From Candidatus Omnitrophota bacterium (GTDB lineage: Bacteria > Omnitrophota > Gorgyraeia > Gorgyraeales > Gorgyraeaceae): DNA of 64,000 bases. Both the position numbers and the translations under genes were made by a program. The notes beneath the pieces were generated by a model. That model searched no databases and was not told where the DNA came from. It saw only the letters and a list, made by a program, of their open reading frames with translations. Positions 27,363 through 37,164 of the stretch are shown here, piece after piece (the first letter of the stretch is position 1; every line of letters begins with the position of its first letter). The stretch covers positions 45,778 through 109,777 of the forward strand of contig JAHJQM010000042.1 of NCBI GenBank assembly GCA_018819285.1, written 5' to 3'.

Positions 27363-29666
27363 TCAAAGTTTCAACTTACGCAACCTTAATGAGTTTCCGA
27401 TAACAGAAACTGAACTAAAACTCATTGCAGCGCCGGCAATCATAGGATTCAAAAGCAACCCCAAGAATGGATAAAGTATGCCAGCAGCAATAGGAATGCC
27501 CAAAGCGTTGTAAATAAAAGCGAAAAATAGGTTTTGACGAATGTTTCTCATGACTCCCCTACTGAGCCGCAGCGCCTTAACAATTCCATTAAGATCACCC
27601 TTAACTAAAGTAATCCCTGCGCTTTCAATCGCCACATCTGTTCCCGTGCCCATAGCAACACCGACTTCCGCTTCAGCCAATGCCGGAGCATCATTAATAC
27701 CATCTCCGGCCATCATCACTTTTGCGCCTTCGCTCCTTAACTTCTTTACGATCTCCTGCTTATCTTTTGGCTCGAGCCCGGCATATACATCAGTAATGCC
27801 CAATTCTTTTGCGATGGCCCTAGCAGTTTTTTCATTATCACCTGTCAACATAACAACTTTCAATCCCATTTTATGCAAAACGCGGATGGCCTCAGGCGTT
27901 GTTCTCTTTATAGGATCTGAAATTCCGAGAATCCCTACTATCTGTCCATCAACGGCTACCCAGACAATTGTCGCGGCTTTCCCTTGAAGCTCTTCGGATT
28001 TATTTTTTAACTCGTCGAGTAAACTTATTCCATTATCTTCAATAAATTTTTGTTTTCCGAGCAAAACTGCTTTGCCATTAACTTTACCTTTAACCCCTCC
28101 GCCTGTTATGGATTGAAAGTTATCGACTGACGCTAATTTATAGCCTCTCTCTTTTGCATAATCAACTACTGAACGAGCTAGCGGATGTTCACTGTTCTGT
28201 TCGATAGAAGCCGCTATGCTCAATAATGATTTTTCATCCCAGCCATTTGCTGTAATAATAGTGGTTACCTGTGGTCTGCCAGCTGTTAAAGTACCTGTTT
28301 TGTCTGTAAGGACATGAGTTACTCTCTCGCACTTTTCAATCGCCTCGGCGTTTTTAATTAATATGCCTGACTGCGCGCCTTTTCCCACGCCAACCATAAT
28401 TGACATTGGTGTTGCCAGGCCAAGGGCGCAAGGACACGCAATGATTAAAACCGAAATGGCGCTAATTAAGGCATACGCTAAAGCCGGAGCCGGCCCAATT
28501 ATGGACCAGATAATAAAAGCAGCGACCGCACACCCCAACACGATAGGAACAAAATACCCGGAAACTTGATCAGCAAGTTTCTGAATAGGGGCACGGCTGC
28601 GTTGCGCATCAGCTACCATCTTCACAATTTGAGAGAGTAAAGTTTCAGAGCCTATCTTTTCAGTTCTCATGACAAAAGCACCTGTCTGATTAACAGTCGC
28701 ACCGATAACCCTATCTCCTTCAATCTTCGTAACCGGGACAGGCTCACCTGAAATCATTGATTCATCGATTGTACTCTTGCCTTCAGTAATAATGCCATCG
28801 AGGGGTACTTTTTCTCCCGGACGAACCCGTAGCAAATCGCCTTTTTGAATTTGATCAATAGCTACATCTTCTTCTTTACCATCTCGAATACGGTGCGCGA
28901 CCTTTGCGGCTAGGCCAAGTAATGCCTTAATCGCCTGGCCTGTTCTATTGCGCGCCTTTGCTTCAAGAAGCTGTCCTATAAGCACTAGAACTGTAATAAC
29001 AGCGGCTGCTTCAAAATACAACCCGATCTCACCATGCTGTTTTAATGATTCTGGGAAAATATTCGGAAAAAGAATAGCTATCGCGCTAAAACCATAAGCC
29101 GCTCCCACTCCCATAGCAATCAAGGTGAACATATTGAGACTTTTATTCAAAACTGATTTCCATGTTTTTACAAAGAAAATATTTCCTGCCCACAGCACAA
29201 CTGGTGTCGCTAAAATAAACTGCAGCCAGCGCGAAAGATCGGAAGACACAAATGCTTTTAGGCTGAGCGCCTGTATCATTTCACCAAGGGCCAGCAAAAA
29301 AATAGGAACTGTTAAAATTAATCCAATCCAGAATTTACGCGTTATCATACGCGTTTCTTTATTGTCTTCTTCTCCGGCAGGAGCAGCCTTTTGTTCAAGG
29401 CGCATGCCGCATTTTGGACAATCTCCGGGTTTATCTTGCTTAATTTCAGGATGCATCGGACAAGTATACATAGTTTTACTTTCAAATATTGCGAATTTTT
29501 CTGTAGAAGATTGCTTTAAAAATTTCTGCCTGCAACTTTCGTTACAGAAATAATAAATAAGGCCATCTTGTGTAAGCTTGATGGCCTTAGTTGTATCAAT
29601 TTCCATTCCACAAATTGGATCTTTTATTTTCTCTATCATAACAACTCTCGATAACTTATTCCACAA
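27363..29666 (-). CDS. copA: Copper-translocating P1B-type ATPase (CopA-like) with N-terminal TRASH/YHS-like and CPxHP...CPxCG metal-binding motifs in place of a classical HMA domain
   Basis: Conserved P-type ATPase motifs are present: the TM6 motif [24 protein letters not shown] and [10 protein letters not shown]. The N-terminus reads [12 protein letters not shown]...[12 protein letters not shown], then [24 protein letters not shown]. No GMxCxxC motif is seen. Confidence 0.9.
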   Translation of the reverse strand: MWNKLSRVVMIEKIKDPICGMEIDTTKAIKLTQDGLIYYFCNESCRQKFLKQSSTEKFAIFESKTMYTCPMHPEIKQDKPGDCPKCGMRLEQKAAPAGEEDNKETRMITRKFWIGLILTVPIFLLALGEMIQALSLKAFVSSDLSRWLQFILATPVVLWAGNIFFVKTWKSVLNKSLNMFTLIAMGVGAAYGFSAIAILFPNIFPESLKQHGEIGLYFEAAAVITVLVLIGQLLEAKARNRTGQAIKALLGLAAKVAHRIRDGKEEDVAIDQIQKGDLLRVRPGEKVPLDGIITEGKSTIDESMISGEPVPVTKIEGDRVIGATVNQTGAFVMRTEKIGSETLLSQIVKMVADAQRSRAPIQKLADQVSGYFVPIVLGCAVAAFIIWSIIGPAPALAYALISAISVLIIACPCALGLATPMSIMVGVGKGAQSGILIKNAEAIEKCERVTHVLTDKTGTLTAGRPQVTTIITANGWDEKSLLSIAASIEQNSEHPLARSVVDYAKERGYKLASVDNFQSITGGGVKGKVNGKAVLLGKQKFIEDNGISLLDELKNKSEELQGKAATIVWVAVDGQIVGILGISDPIKRTTPEAIRVLHKMGLKVVMLTGDNEKTARAIAKELGITDVYAGLEPKDKQEIVKKLRSEGAKVMMAGDGINDAPALAEAEVGVAMGTGTDVAIESAGITLVKGDLNGIVKALRLSRGVMRNIRQNLFFAFIYNALGIPIAAGILYPFLGLLLNPMIAGAAMSFSSVSVIGNSLRLRKLKL

Positions 29667-29733
29667 ATATACTATACGACCGCAATTATCAAAAATGCGC
29701 TTATTATTATACGGCTAAATGAAAATTTCATAA

Positions 29734-31029
29734 TTAAAACGGTTTTTTGTATTTCAATAGAACCTTGTTATTTGTCTCTGGCTTATTTTCCTCTGCTACG
29801 TTTTTGCTATTATATTTTAATTCGCGCTCTGCTTCTACAGAAATGCCATTTGTAATTTTATATTCACTGCCTACTTTTTGAGTAGTCGTTGGCAGCTCAT
29901 CTTTCTTCTGGGACTGCTCAATAGAATAGCTAACTTCTGCCTTATCAAATACTGCTTTCTTAACCCCGCCCCCTTTTGTCTTTTGGTCATATTTTATAAA
30001 AAAGTCTCTGATGCCAAACTGATCTGCTGTCTTTGATCCTAAACCTCCAAAGAGAAAATAATCTATAAAATCCGCTATCATGCCGGGTGTTATATTATCC
30101 TTATTGCTAGTCAAAGAATCTACGCTCTTCCAGCTCTTATTAGTCGCTAGCATCATAAGCAACTGATCTTTCGAAACCGGGCGGTCTGAAGAAAGCCTCA
30201 GGTCAGGAACGCCTATAGTACCTTTCAATCCTGCCCTGATTTTTGTACCTTCAATAAGTGATTCACCTTGTATGTCAAAATAAGGTTCTTTGGGCGACCC
30301 GTTAAAACTTATACGGCTCTCGCCCAGAATAATATGCGCTGTCTTTACCCCGGATATTGATCCTCCTAGGATACTCACTGTGCCATAAAGCTTCAAATCC
30401 CCCCTAATGTCTTTTAGTTTCAGGTCAAGCTTTAAGGGACAATCATTCAGATTGAACCCCCAGCGAGATAAGGTCTTAGCCATGCAAAAGCCTTTTATCT
30501 CAGGTTCTAACAGCCCTCCTGTCACAAAAATATCAATATCCTCAAAGACTCCTGATAAGTTACCTGCAGCATCTCTATACTGTAATAATTCCATAATATC
30601 TTTTACATCAACTGCATGAGAATAAATATTAAAATCCAACAAGCCGTTTTCGTGGGTTCCAGAGAAAAATATTTTGTCAGAAGATGGTAATTTCAAACTA
30701 CCATTTTTAACCATAATCCTGAGCCGGCTAATATCAAGAGGATTGGCGTAAATCTCCAATCGTTCAATATCTAAGCTGCTGCCATTAGGTAACCACTCGA
30801 CATTGTTAAGCGATATATTTTCAAATGTGATTGTACGCGCTATGGTGCCGTCAATTTCCCCTATGGTTATATCTTTAGAAGGTATATACCGTGAAATAGC
30901 TACTTTAGAAATAAGTCTGGCCCCTAGGTTAGTGCTAATAAGCGCGTACAATATTGCAATATTTAGAATAATAGCTGCTACAATAATAATTAGGATTAAA
31001 TTTAAAGAGTTTTTGAATCTTTTCATCAT
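29734..31029 (-). CDS. Membrane-anchored TamB/AsmA-like protein (short; DUF490-like C-terminus)
   Basis: The 431-aa ORF has an N-terminal TM (LILIIIVAAIILNIAILYALI) and a beta-rich repetitive middle region. The C-terminal segment KGTIGVPDLRLSSDRPVSKDQLLMMLATNKSW resembles the conserved TamB C-terminal motif. Confidence 0.45.
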   Translation of the reverse strand: MMKRFKNSLNLILIIIVAAIILNIAILYALISTNLGARLISKVAISRYIPSKDITIGEIDGTIARTITFENISLNNVEWLPNGSSLDIERLEIYANPLDISRLRIMVKNGSLKLPSSDKIFFSGTHENGLLDFNIYSHAVDVKDIMELLQYRDAAGNLSGVFEDIDIFVTGGLLEPEIKGFCMAKTLSRWGFNLNDCPLKLDLKLKDIRGDLKLYGTVSILGGSISGVKTAHIILGESRISFNGSPKEPYFDIQGESLIEGTKIRAGLKGTIGVPDLRLSSDRPVSKDQLLMMLATNKSWKSVDSLTSNKDNITPGMIADFIDYFLFGGLGSKTADQFGIRDFFIKYDQKTKGGGVKKAVFDKAEVSYSIEQSQKKDELPTTTQKVGSEYKITNGISVEAERELKYNSKNVAEENKPETNNKVLLKYKKPF

Positions 31030-31274
31030 TTCAATCTTATCGCTAAATCTAATATAGTATTGATAAGGAAAGACCTTAAGAACATAATTGCCAAAAAGGC
31101 AATTATCAGAGATATATCAATTTCAAATCCTAGAGCAAGTGGCAAGATATTTTTTATAGGATATAATATGTGCAACCTATCGCTAAGCAAGCCTATCATA
31201 TAGAACATAATACTAAATATCAAGTATAATTGGCTAATAAGAGATAAACAATGTTTTATATAAAACTTGGGCAT
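31026..31274 (-). CDS. Small hypothetical membrane protein
   Basis: The 82-aa ORF is hydrophobic. It overlaps the start of the TamB-like gene by 4 bp. Confidence 0.3.
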   Translation of the reverse strand: MPKFYIKHCLSLISQLYLIFSIMFYMIGLLSDRLHILYPIKNILPLALGFEIDISLIIAFLAIMFLRSFLINTILDLAIRLK

Positions 31275-31368
31275 TGATTAATTAAAGATTATTTAGAATT
31301 ACTTCGTGAAGGTCTTTTCTCTTCTTGCCTCTTAAAAAATCTAAAGTCAGTTAATGATCGGTTTTATG

Positions 31369-32067
31369 TCATCCCACCCCAGATGACTGCATAGAAAAAA
31401 CCTTGCTGATAATATCTTCTTTAGCATAACATATTAATTCATCGCCTGTTTTAATAACAACGTCGCCGTGCGGAGCTCCGATAAACTGCATCCTTTTTCC
31501 GATTTTTCTAGAAACAGCTAGGATAAGAATCCCTTTTAGATGCAGCTTCAGGTCACTTATCGGCTTATCGCTCATAGGATTGTCTTTTTTTATGGTAATC
31601 TTCGCTATAGCATAGCCCTCTCCAAGTCCAAATAGCTGTTCATAATCATAAATACGCAGAGTAGTCCATTTTTCAAGAGCCCTGGTTATAATAATTCTCA
31701 TAATATCATAGATATGCCTTGAACGAGCAAAAAGTATGATGCCCAAAAGACCTAATAATAATATCTCTACCCTCATAAGAACATTATTGCCTGTCTGGCC
31801 CACAAATGCTAAAACTAAAGTGGCCATAGAAGTAGTAACTCCTGCGCCTCCCAGAAGAATAAGAATTCTGATGATGCGCCTGCGCACAGGATGCGTAACC
31901 ATAGCTTCGGATTCAGTGGTGGTAAAACCTGCTCCTGAGAATGCTGACTGGGCTTGAAAAGAAGCTATCTCAGAAGATAATCCAGTAAGCTCTAGGGCAA
32001 TAGCGCCTATCCTTACTACAATAATCGAGAGCGCGATAATTATTAATAAACTGACTAAGGCTACCAT
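31369..32067 (-). CDS. Membrane protein with C-terminal TrkA-C (RCK_C) regulatory domain
   Basis: The N-terminal half is hydrophobic with 2-3 TM helices. The C-terminal ~80 aa (GEGYAIAKITIKKDNPMSDKPISDLKL...GILILAVSRKIGKRMQFIGAPHGDVVIKTGDELICYAKEDII) have a TrkA-C-like pattern. Confidence 0.5.
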   Translation of the reverse strand: MVALVSLLIIIALSIIVVRIGAIALELTGLSSEIASFQAQSAFSGAGFTTTESEAMVTHPVRRRIIRILILLGGAGVTTSMATLVLAFVGQTGNNVLMRVEILLLGLLGIILFARSRHIYDIMRIIITRALEKWTTLRIYDYEQLFGLGEGYAIAKITIKKDNPMSDKPISDLKLHLKGILILAVSRKIGKRMQFIGAPHGDVVIKTGDELICYAKEDIISKVFSMQSSGVG

Positions 32068-32224
32068 TCTTATTCATCCTTTCTTCCAGGCTATTCTCTA
32101 TACAACAGCATTTTCCTGGTTAGAATCTTTCAAGAATAGCGCAGAGGTATTAATCTTACGGAAATCTTTCTCATCCATTGACCTGCCCCTATAACCCATT
32201 CTATAATTTTATTTATTATGCCCG

Positions 32225-34066
32225 CTACGAATACCTTTTGATTTCCCCTGCCACGGCGCCATAAGCTGGGATCCAAATCTTATTACTATCATTCTTCGCT
32301 TTTCTTTTGGACTTTCCTCCGTAACGCATAGAAGCCGTATTAAATATTTCACAAAACCTCTTTCTGCCGAAAGGAGAAAGGATATGTTGCTCTTTTTCAA
32401 GAAAGGAGACAATAACACCTAAGCGGGATGATTTTCTACCATTATATTCAAACGCAAGCCATTGATCTTGCGAGTTACAGCAGACATTCTGAAACCGCCT
32501 ATCCATAATCTTTGCCTTGCGTAAATTGATCAAATCCTTATAAAGGCGCCAGAGCTGACGTTGATAATTTACCATCTTCGGATTCCAGGTAAGCTTGGAA
32601 TCAAAAAAAGTTTTTTCGGCTTTTGGATCAGGGATATCTTTCCAACCAAAAGCCGCAAACTCTCTTTTGCGCCCTTCCTGTACCGCATGGATAAGGTCAG
32701 CGTCCCCGTGGTCAATAAAATATTGAAAAGGCGCGCGTTCCGCGTATTCCTGCCCCATAAAAAGAAGCGGGGTATAAGGAGAGAGCATCAAAAGTACAGC
32801 TGCTAATTTCTCCTTGTCAAAACTGACAATCGTTGAAAGCCGATCCCCGAATGCACGGTTTCCGACCTGATCATGATTTTGGGTGCATACAACCAGTTTT
32901 TCCGCAGGCAAGTCCTTTACAGAATTTCCGTGGCGTCTTTTGCGATGAAGCGAATATTTACCATCATAAACAAAACCATCGCAAATGACCTTAACAATAT
33001 CCTTCACGCTGCCAAAATCTTCATAATAGCCATTCCGCTCTCCGGTAAGGCAGGCATGTACCGCATGATGAAAATCATCGCTCCATTGCCCGGATAAACC
33101 GTATCCCCCCTGTGACAGCGATCGGATAATCCGCGAATCATTCAAATCGCTTTCCGCGATTACCTGAACCTGCCGGTTCTGCTTTTGCGCCAAATCCTGG
33201 ACAGATTCATTTAACTCTTGCAAAATATGCTTGGCGCTGAAATCAAAAATACCGTGAATCGCATCCAAGCGTAAAGCGTCTACATGATATTCGTCTATCC
33301 AATAAAGCGCGTTATTTATCAAGAAGCGCCTGACATGATCGCTATACTGATCGTCAAAATTAATAGCAGAGCCCCATGGCGTACAATATTTTTTCGTGAA
33401 ATACGGCCCATAGTCATGAAGGTAATTTCCCTCGGGTCCAAAATGGTTATAGATTACATCTAGACAAACCGCCAAATCATGGCTATGGCATGCATCAATA
33501 AGCTTCTTAAGGCCAGTGGGCCCGCCATAACTGTTCTGCACCGCATAAAGTCCAGCCCCGTCATAACCCCAATTCCGCGTGCCAGGAAACTGCGCCACCG
33601 GCATGATTTCAAGACAGTTGATCCCTAAACGTTTAAGATAAGGGATTTTTTTTATAGCTGATTCAAAGGTTCCTTCTGGGGTAAACGTTCCGATATGCGT
33701 TTCATAAAAAATCATTTCTCGTAAGGCCATGCCTTTCCAGTGGCAATCCTTCCATTTGTACTCCTCTGGATCAACCACACACGAAGGCCCATGAACACCC
33801 TCTGGTTGAAAGCGAGAAACTGGATCGGGACGTTCTTTTTGCCCATCTAAAACATACCTATATCGTGTTCCTGGAAAAACCTTTGAAACCTTGGCGCTAA
33901 AATATCCCTCCGCGTCTTTCTCCATCGGTTTCAATACCGCTTCACCAGAGACAAACAGCTTAAGCTCAACCTTGGAACAAAATGGGGCCCATACCTGAAA
34001 AAAATAACCATCCTGCCCTTGTTTGGTAGCACCCAAAGAAATATTAGAGCACAAAGAATTATTCAC
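32225..34066 (-). CDS. treZ: Malto-oligosyltrehalose trehalohydrolase (TreZ, GH13)
   Basis: The 613-aa ORF has an N-terminal E-set/CBM48-like segment (YFFQVWAPFCSKVELKLF) and GH13 catalytic regions (GYDGAGLYAVQNSYGGP; VCLDVIYNHFGPEGNY; LRLDAIHGI). Confidence 0.85.
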   Translation of the reverse strand: MNNSLCSNISLGATKQGQDGYFFQVWAPFCSKVELKLFVSGEAVLKPMEKDAEGYFSAKVSKVFPGTRYRYVLDGQKERPDPVSRFQPEGVHGPSCVVDPEEYKWKDCHWKGMALREMIFYETHIGTFTPEGTFESAIKKIPYLKRLGINCLEIMPVAQFPGTRNWGYDGAGLYAVQNSYGGPTGLKKLIDACHSHDLAVCLDVIYNHFGPEGNYLHDYGPYFTKKYCTPWGSAINFDDQYSDHVRRFLINNALYWIDEYHVDALRLDAIHGIFDFSAKHILQELNESVQDLAQKQNRQVQVIAESDLNDSRIIRSLSQGGYGLSGQWSDDFHHAVHACLTGERNGYYEDFGSVKDIVKVICDGFVYDGKYSLHRKRRHGNSVKDLPAEKLVVCTQNHDQVGNRAFGDRLSTIVSFDKEKLAAVLLMLSPYTPLLFMGQEYAERAPFQYFIDHGDADLIHAVQEGRKREFAAFGWKDIPDPKAEKTFFDSKLTWNPKMVNYQRQLWRLYKDLINLRKAKIMDRRFQNVCCNSQDQWLAFEYNGRKSSRLGVIVSFLEKEQHILSPFGRKRFCEIFNTASMRYGGKSKRKAKNDSNKIWIPAYGAVAGEIKRYS

Positions 34067-34068
34067 GC

Positions 34069-37000
34069 TTATTCCTCTATATTTGTTAAAATAGCGGCGC
34101 AGCTCTTTTGGAACAAATCAGAAACCTTAATTACCGCAGTCTGTTTACTAGATACAACATCAACCATTTGCGAGATAATTACATCCCGAAGCCTTTTCGG
34201 AACTTCCAAACCTTCCGGCCAAATAAGTTCCGTATTATTCCAAAAATAAGAATCTTCGTTTGCAGATTTATCCATAGGCCATCCAGTAAAAAATCTCCCG
34301 GCAACGACAAGCGCCAACTGCTTTCCCCGTTTTCGGATAAACGCCACAACGTTATTCTCTCTTGGCCCAACTATTTCTACTGGGATATATTCGCCGTCAA
34401 CAAATAAATCTTTGTGTTGGCGTCGAAAACAAAGTCCTTTCCACGTATAAAAAAGCTTAAGCTCTTCCAAATCTTCTTCGCCAGAACTTCGGACCATGAA
34501 TTTGCCAAATCCTTTACTGCCTGTTTTCTTTTTTATCGAATTTAAAATACGCTTCCTTGTCTCAAAATTTACACACTGACGATTATCCGGGTCCACAAGA
34601 GCATAATTCCATGTTTCATTTCCCTGATAAATATCAACAACCCCTGAGGAAGATATCTTAAGCAAAGTTGCCGAAAGACTATTGAACTTTCCAAAAAAAG
34701 CTATCCTTTTCTGAAAGGGCACAAAATTTTTCCAAAAATCACTAGATGTTCCTTGTGCAAAAATAGCATGGATAAAGCGATTAACCGCCTCTTCATATTC
34801 CGTGTTCGGTTGAGTCCAATTTGTATAGATCTTCGCTTCCCTAATCGATTTGAGCACATACTGCCAAATCCGCTCAATAAAAAGTCCTTGATTTTCCGCT
34901 GTCAATGGCTCATCCGGCCAAACTCCAATCAATGTCTGATAAATAAAATACTCTGTATTTTTCCGGGGTTCAGAAACCCCTTCAATTGTAGTTTTAAATC
35001 CCTGATTAAATTTGGACCATTCGCTAATTTTCGATTTCCATTCGTCAGGAATCTCACTAAGAACGTTAATCCGCATCCGCGCATCTTCGCTACGTTTTGT
35101 ATCATGAGTCGAAGTGGTTATCATGCTGTATGGCCAACGCTTGCTGCACACAAGATTATGCTCATGAAAATCTTTCTTCGTGTAACCAAAATAAAAAGGA
35201 TCGCCTCCGACTTCATTGAGCGAAATCAGGCGGTTGTATATATAGAAAGACGTGTCTTCGACCCCTTTGGCCATGATAGGGCTGGTTTGCTGCTGAAAAC
35301 GAAGAAGAAAATCTTGATAAAGCTCCTCTTCTTCGCTCCCAGGCTCAACATTCAAACGCAGAAGAAGAACATCTCGTAAAAAATCATAAACAGCAGGATT
35401 AAGCGCTGGGGTTTTCTTTCTCGCCTTGGCAACAGCAATACGGATATACTTCTCATCCTTTTCCGAAACGCTTGTACTCCCTGGAGATATATAAGTTCGA
35501 TAAACCGGAAAACCAGCGATCACTTCCCTTATAGCAACAGTGAGATCATTTCTGGTAAAATCCCTATATTTCCTATTGGTTTCAGAAATTCGATCGAGCC
35601 TATGACCCAACGCGTTAATTTCGCTGGCCATTGGGACTAAGCCTATAAATTTTTTCTTATTATAAACCAACTCATCAAAGTCAATCCCGTGTCCAATATA
35701 ATCTTCATACAGTTTTGCAAAGGCCTTCTCGTTCTCTGCGTTAACAAAAAGGCCGTTCGCTGCATTTAAATAATCATAACCAACCGTCCCGTGAATATTC
35801 CAATTTTCTGGTAAAGATTCCCTGCGATCTAGGATCTTTTCTGCCACCACATAAAATGCTGGTAAGGAAAAAAACTCGTTAGCAAGTAACCTTTCCAGCG
35901 CTTCACGAAGGATGTCGACATCAACCTGCTCTGCGTTTTGAATTTCTGCTCGAGAAATTTCTTCTTCCTTTAATACCATCTGTACAAGATACTCTCGCTG
36001 AAGCCTCCTAAAATAAACCGGCGGATCATAGAGACCATCAGGATGATCGATCCGAAGGCCATGGATTTTTCCTTCTTTGATCAAATTAAAAAGCAGTTCG
36101 TGATAATGCTTAAAAACTTTTTCATCTTCAATCCGTATCGCCGCAAGCTCGTTGATATCAAAAAAACGGCGATAATTAATCTCCTGCGAAGCTACGGACC
36201 AGAAGGCCAACCGATACGGCTGTAAATTTAAAAACTGGTCCATTGGGTCAAAACTTTTTGAGTCAGTTTTATTCCCATTAAAAATGAGGATACGACTTTC
36301 AATAAATCTTTTAATATCTTCACAGCGGTTAGCGAGTATTTCTAGCCGCTGTTTAGCAATTTCTTTTTCCCGGCTTCGCTCCACCATCTTTTCTGTAATA
36401 ATATCAGATGTAGGCGGTAGATTTTTAAATGCTGTAATAACGCTTAAATATTCGAGATAATCCTGATTCTCCTGACCCATCTTTTTCACAAGTTCCCCAG
36501 CTTCATCTTCCAAGATAACCGGATAAGTCTTGGGGTCAACGGGAAAACGATGGTCAAAATAAGCGAGAAAAAACTCGCCTTTTCGGTACATAAGCTGAAT
36601 ATCCTGATTTTCAAGTACGCGACCATAAAAATTCCCTAAAACCGGCAATAACACCTTTCCCCAGAGTTCCTGTTTGATTGGCCTCCAATCGATATCAAAA
36701 TATCTGGCGTACAGTGAACTGGGTCCATTCTCCAGAACATCGTTCCACCAGGGGTTATTGTTACCGGTAATCCCCATATGATTAGGAACAACATCAGCGA
36801 TTTGGCCCAAACCGTTATGCGCTAGGGTAGAACAAAACAACTCATAATCTTCCGTAGAGCCTATCTCAGGATTGATGCGGGTAGGATCAGTGACATTATA
36901 CCCATGCATACTTCCTGGCGAGGCCTGAAAATAAGGAGAGCAATAAACCGCTTCTATGCCTAGTTCATTTAAATACGGGACCATAGCAATAGCATGCCTA

Positions 37001-37164
37001 AACGTGAACTCACGGTTAAGCTGAATGCGATAAACAGATGAAGGGATAAAAACAGCTTTTATTTTCCTGCAGATTAACGTCCTCAATTTTTCTTCGCTAA
37101 AAATCTTCAGAGGAAGATTCGTTCCTTGGGGTTCATGCCCCGCGTTCAATCTTTGCTCGCTCAT
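34069..37164 (-). CDS. treY: Malto-oligosyltrehalose synthase (TreY, GH13)
   Basis: The 1031-aa ORF has the motifs AVYCSPYFQASPGSMHGYNVTDPTRINPEIG, ADVVPNHMGI and GLRIDHPDGL. It lies between treX and treZ, with 4-bp overlaps. Confidence 0.85.
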   Translation of the reverse strand: MSEQRLNAGHEPQGTNLPLKIFSEEKLRTLICRKIKAVFIPSSVYRIQLNREFTFRHAIAMVPYLNELGIEAVYCSPYFQASPGSMHGYNVTDPTRINPEIGSTEDYELFCSTLAHNGLGQIADVVPNHMGITGNNNPWWNDVLENGPSSLYARYFDIDWRPIKQELWGKVLLPVLGNFYGRVLENQDIQLMYRKGEFFLAYFDHRFPVDPKTYPVILEDEAGELVKKMGQENQDYLEYLSVITAFKNLPPTSDIITEKMVERSREKEIAKQRLEILANRCEDIKRFIESRILIFNGNKTDSKSFDPMDQFLNLQPYRLAFWSVASQEINYRRFFDINELAAIRIEDEKVFKHYHELLFNLIKEGKIHGLRIDHPDGLYDPPVYFRRLQREYLVQMVLKEEEISRAEIQNAEQVDVDILREALERLLANEFFSLPAFYVVAEKILDRRESLPENWNIHGTVGYDYLNAANGLFVNAENEKAFAKLYEDYIGHGIDFDELVYNKKKFIGLVPMASEINALGHRLDRISETNRKYRDFTRNDLTVAIREVIAGFPVYRTYISPGSTSVSEKDEKYIRIAVAKARKKTPALNPAVYDFLRDVLLLRLNVEPGSEEEELYQDFLLRFQQQTSPIMAKGVEDTSFYIYNRLISLNEVGGDPFYFGYTKKDFHEHNLVCSKRWPYSMITTSTHDTKRSEDARMRINVLSEIPDEWKSKISEWSKFNQGFKTTIEGVSEPRKNTEYFIYQTLIGVWPDEPLTAENQGLFIERIWQYVLKSIREAKIYTNWTQPNTEYEEAVNRFIHAIFAQGTSSDFWKNFVPFQKRIAFFGKFNSLSATLLKISSSGVVDIYQGNETWNYALVDPDNRQCVNFETRKRILNSIKKKTGSKGFGKFMVRSSGEEDLEELKLFYTWKGLCFRRQHKDLFVDGEYIPVEIVGPRENNVVAFIRKRGKQLALVVAGRFFTGWPMDKSANEDSYFWNNTELIWPEGLEVPKRLRDVIISQMVDVVSSKQTAVIKVSDLFQKSCAAILTNIEE

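Noticed and set aside
32209-32418. 69-aa minus-strand ORF overlapping the 3' end of treZ
   Set aside because: It lies in an alternative frame of the same strand as treZ and has no independent support.
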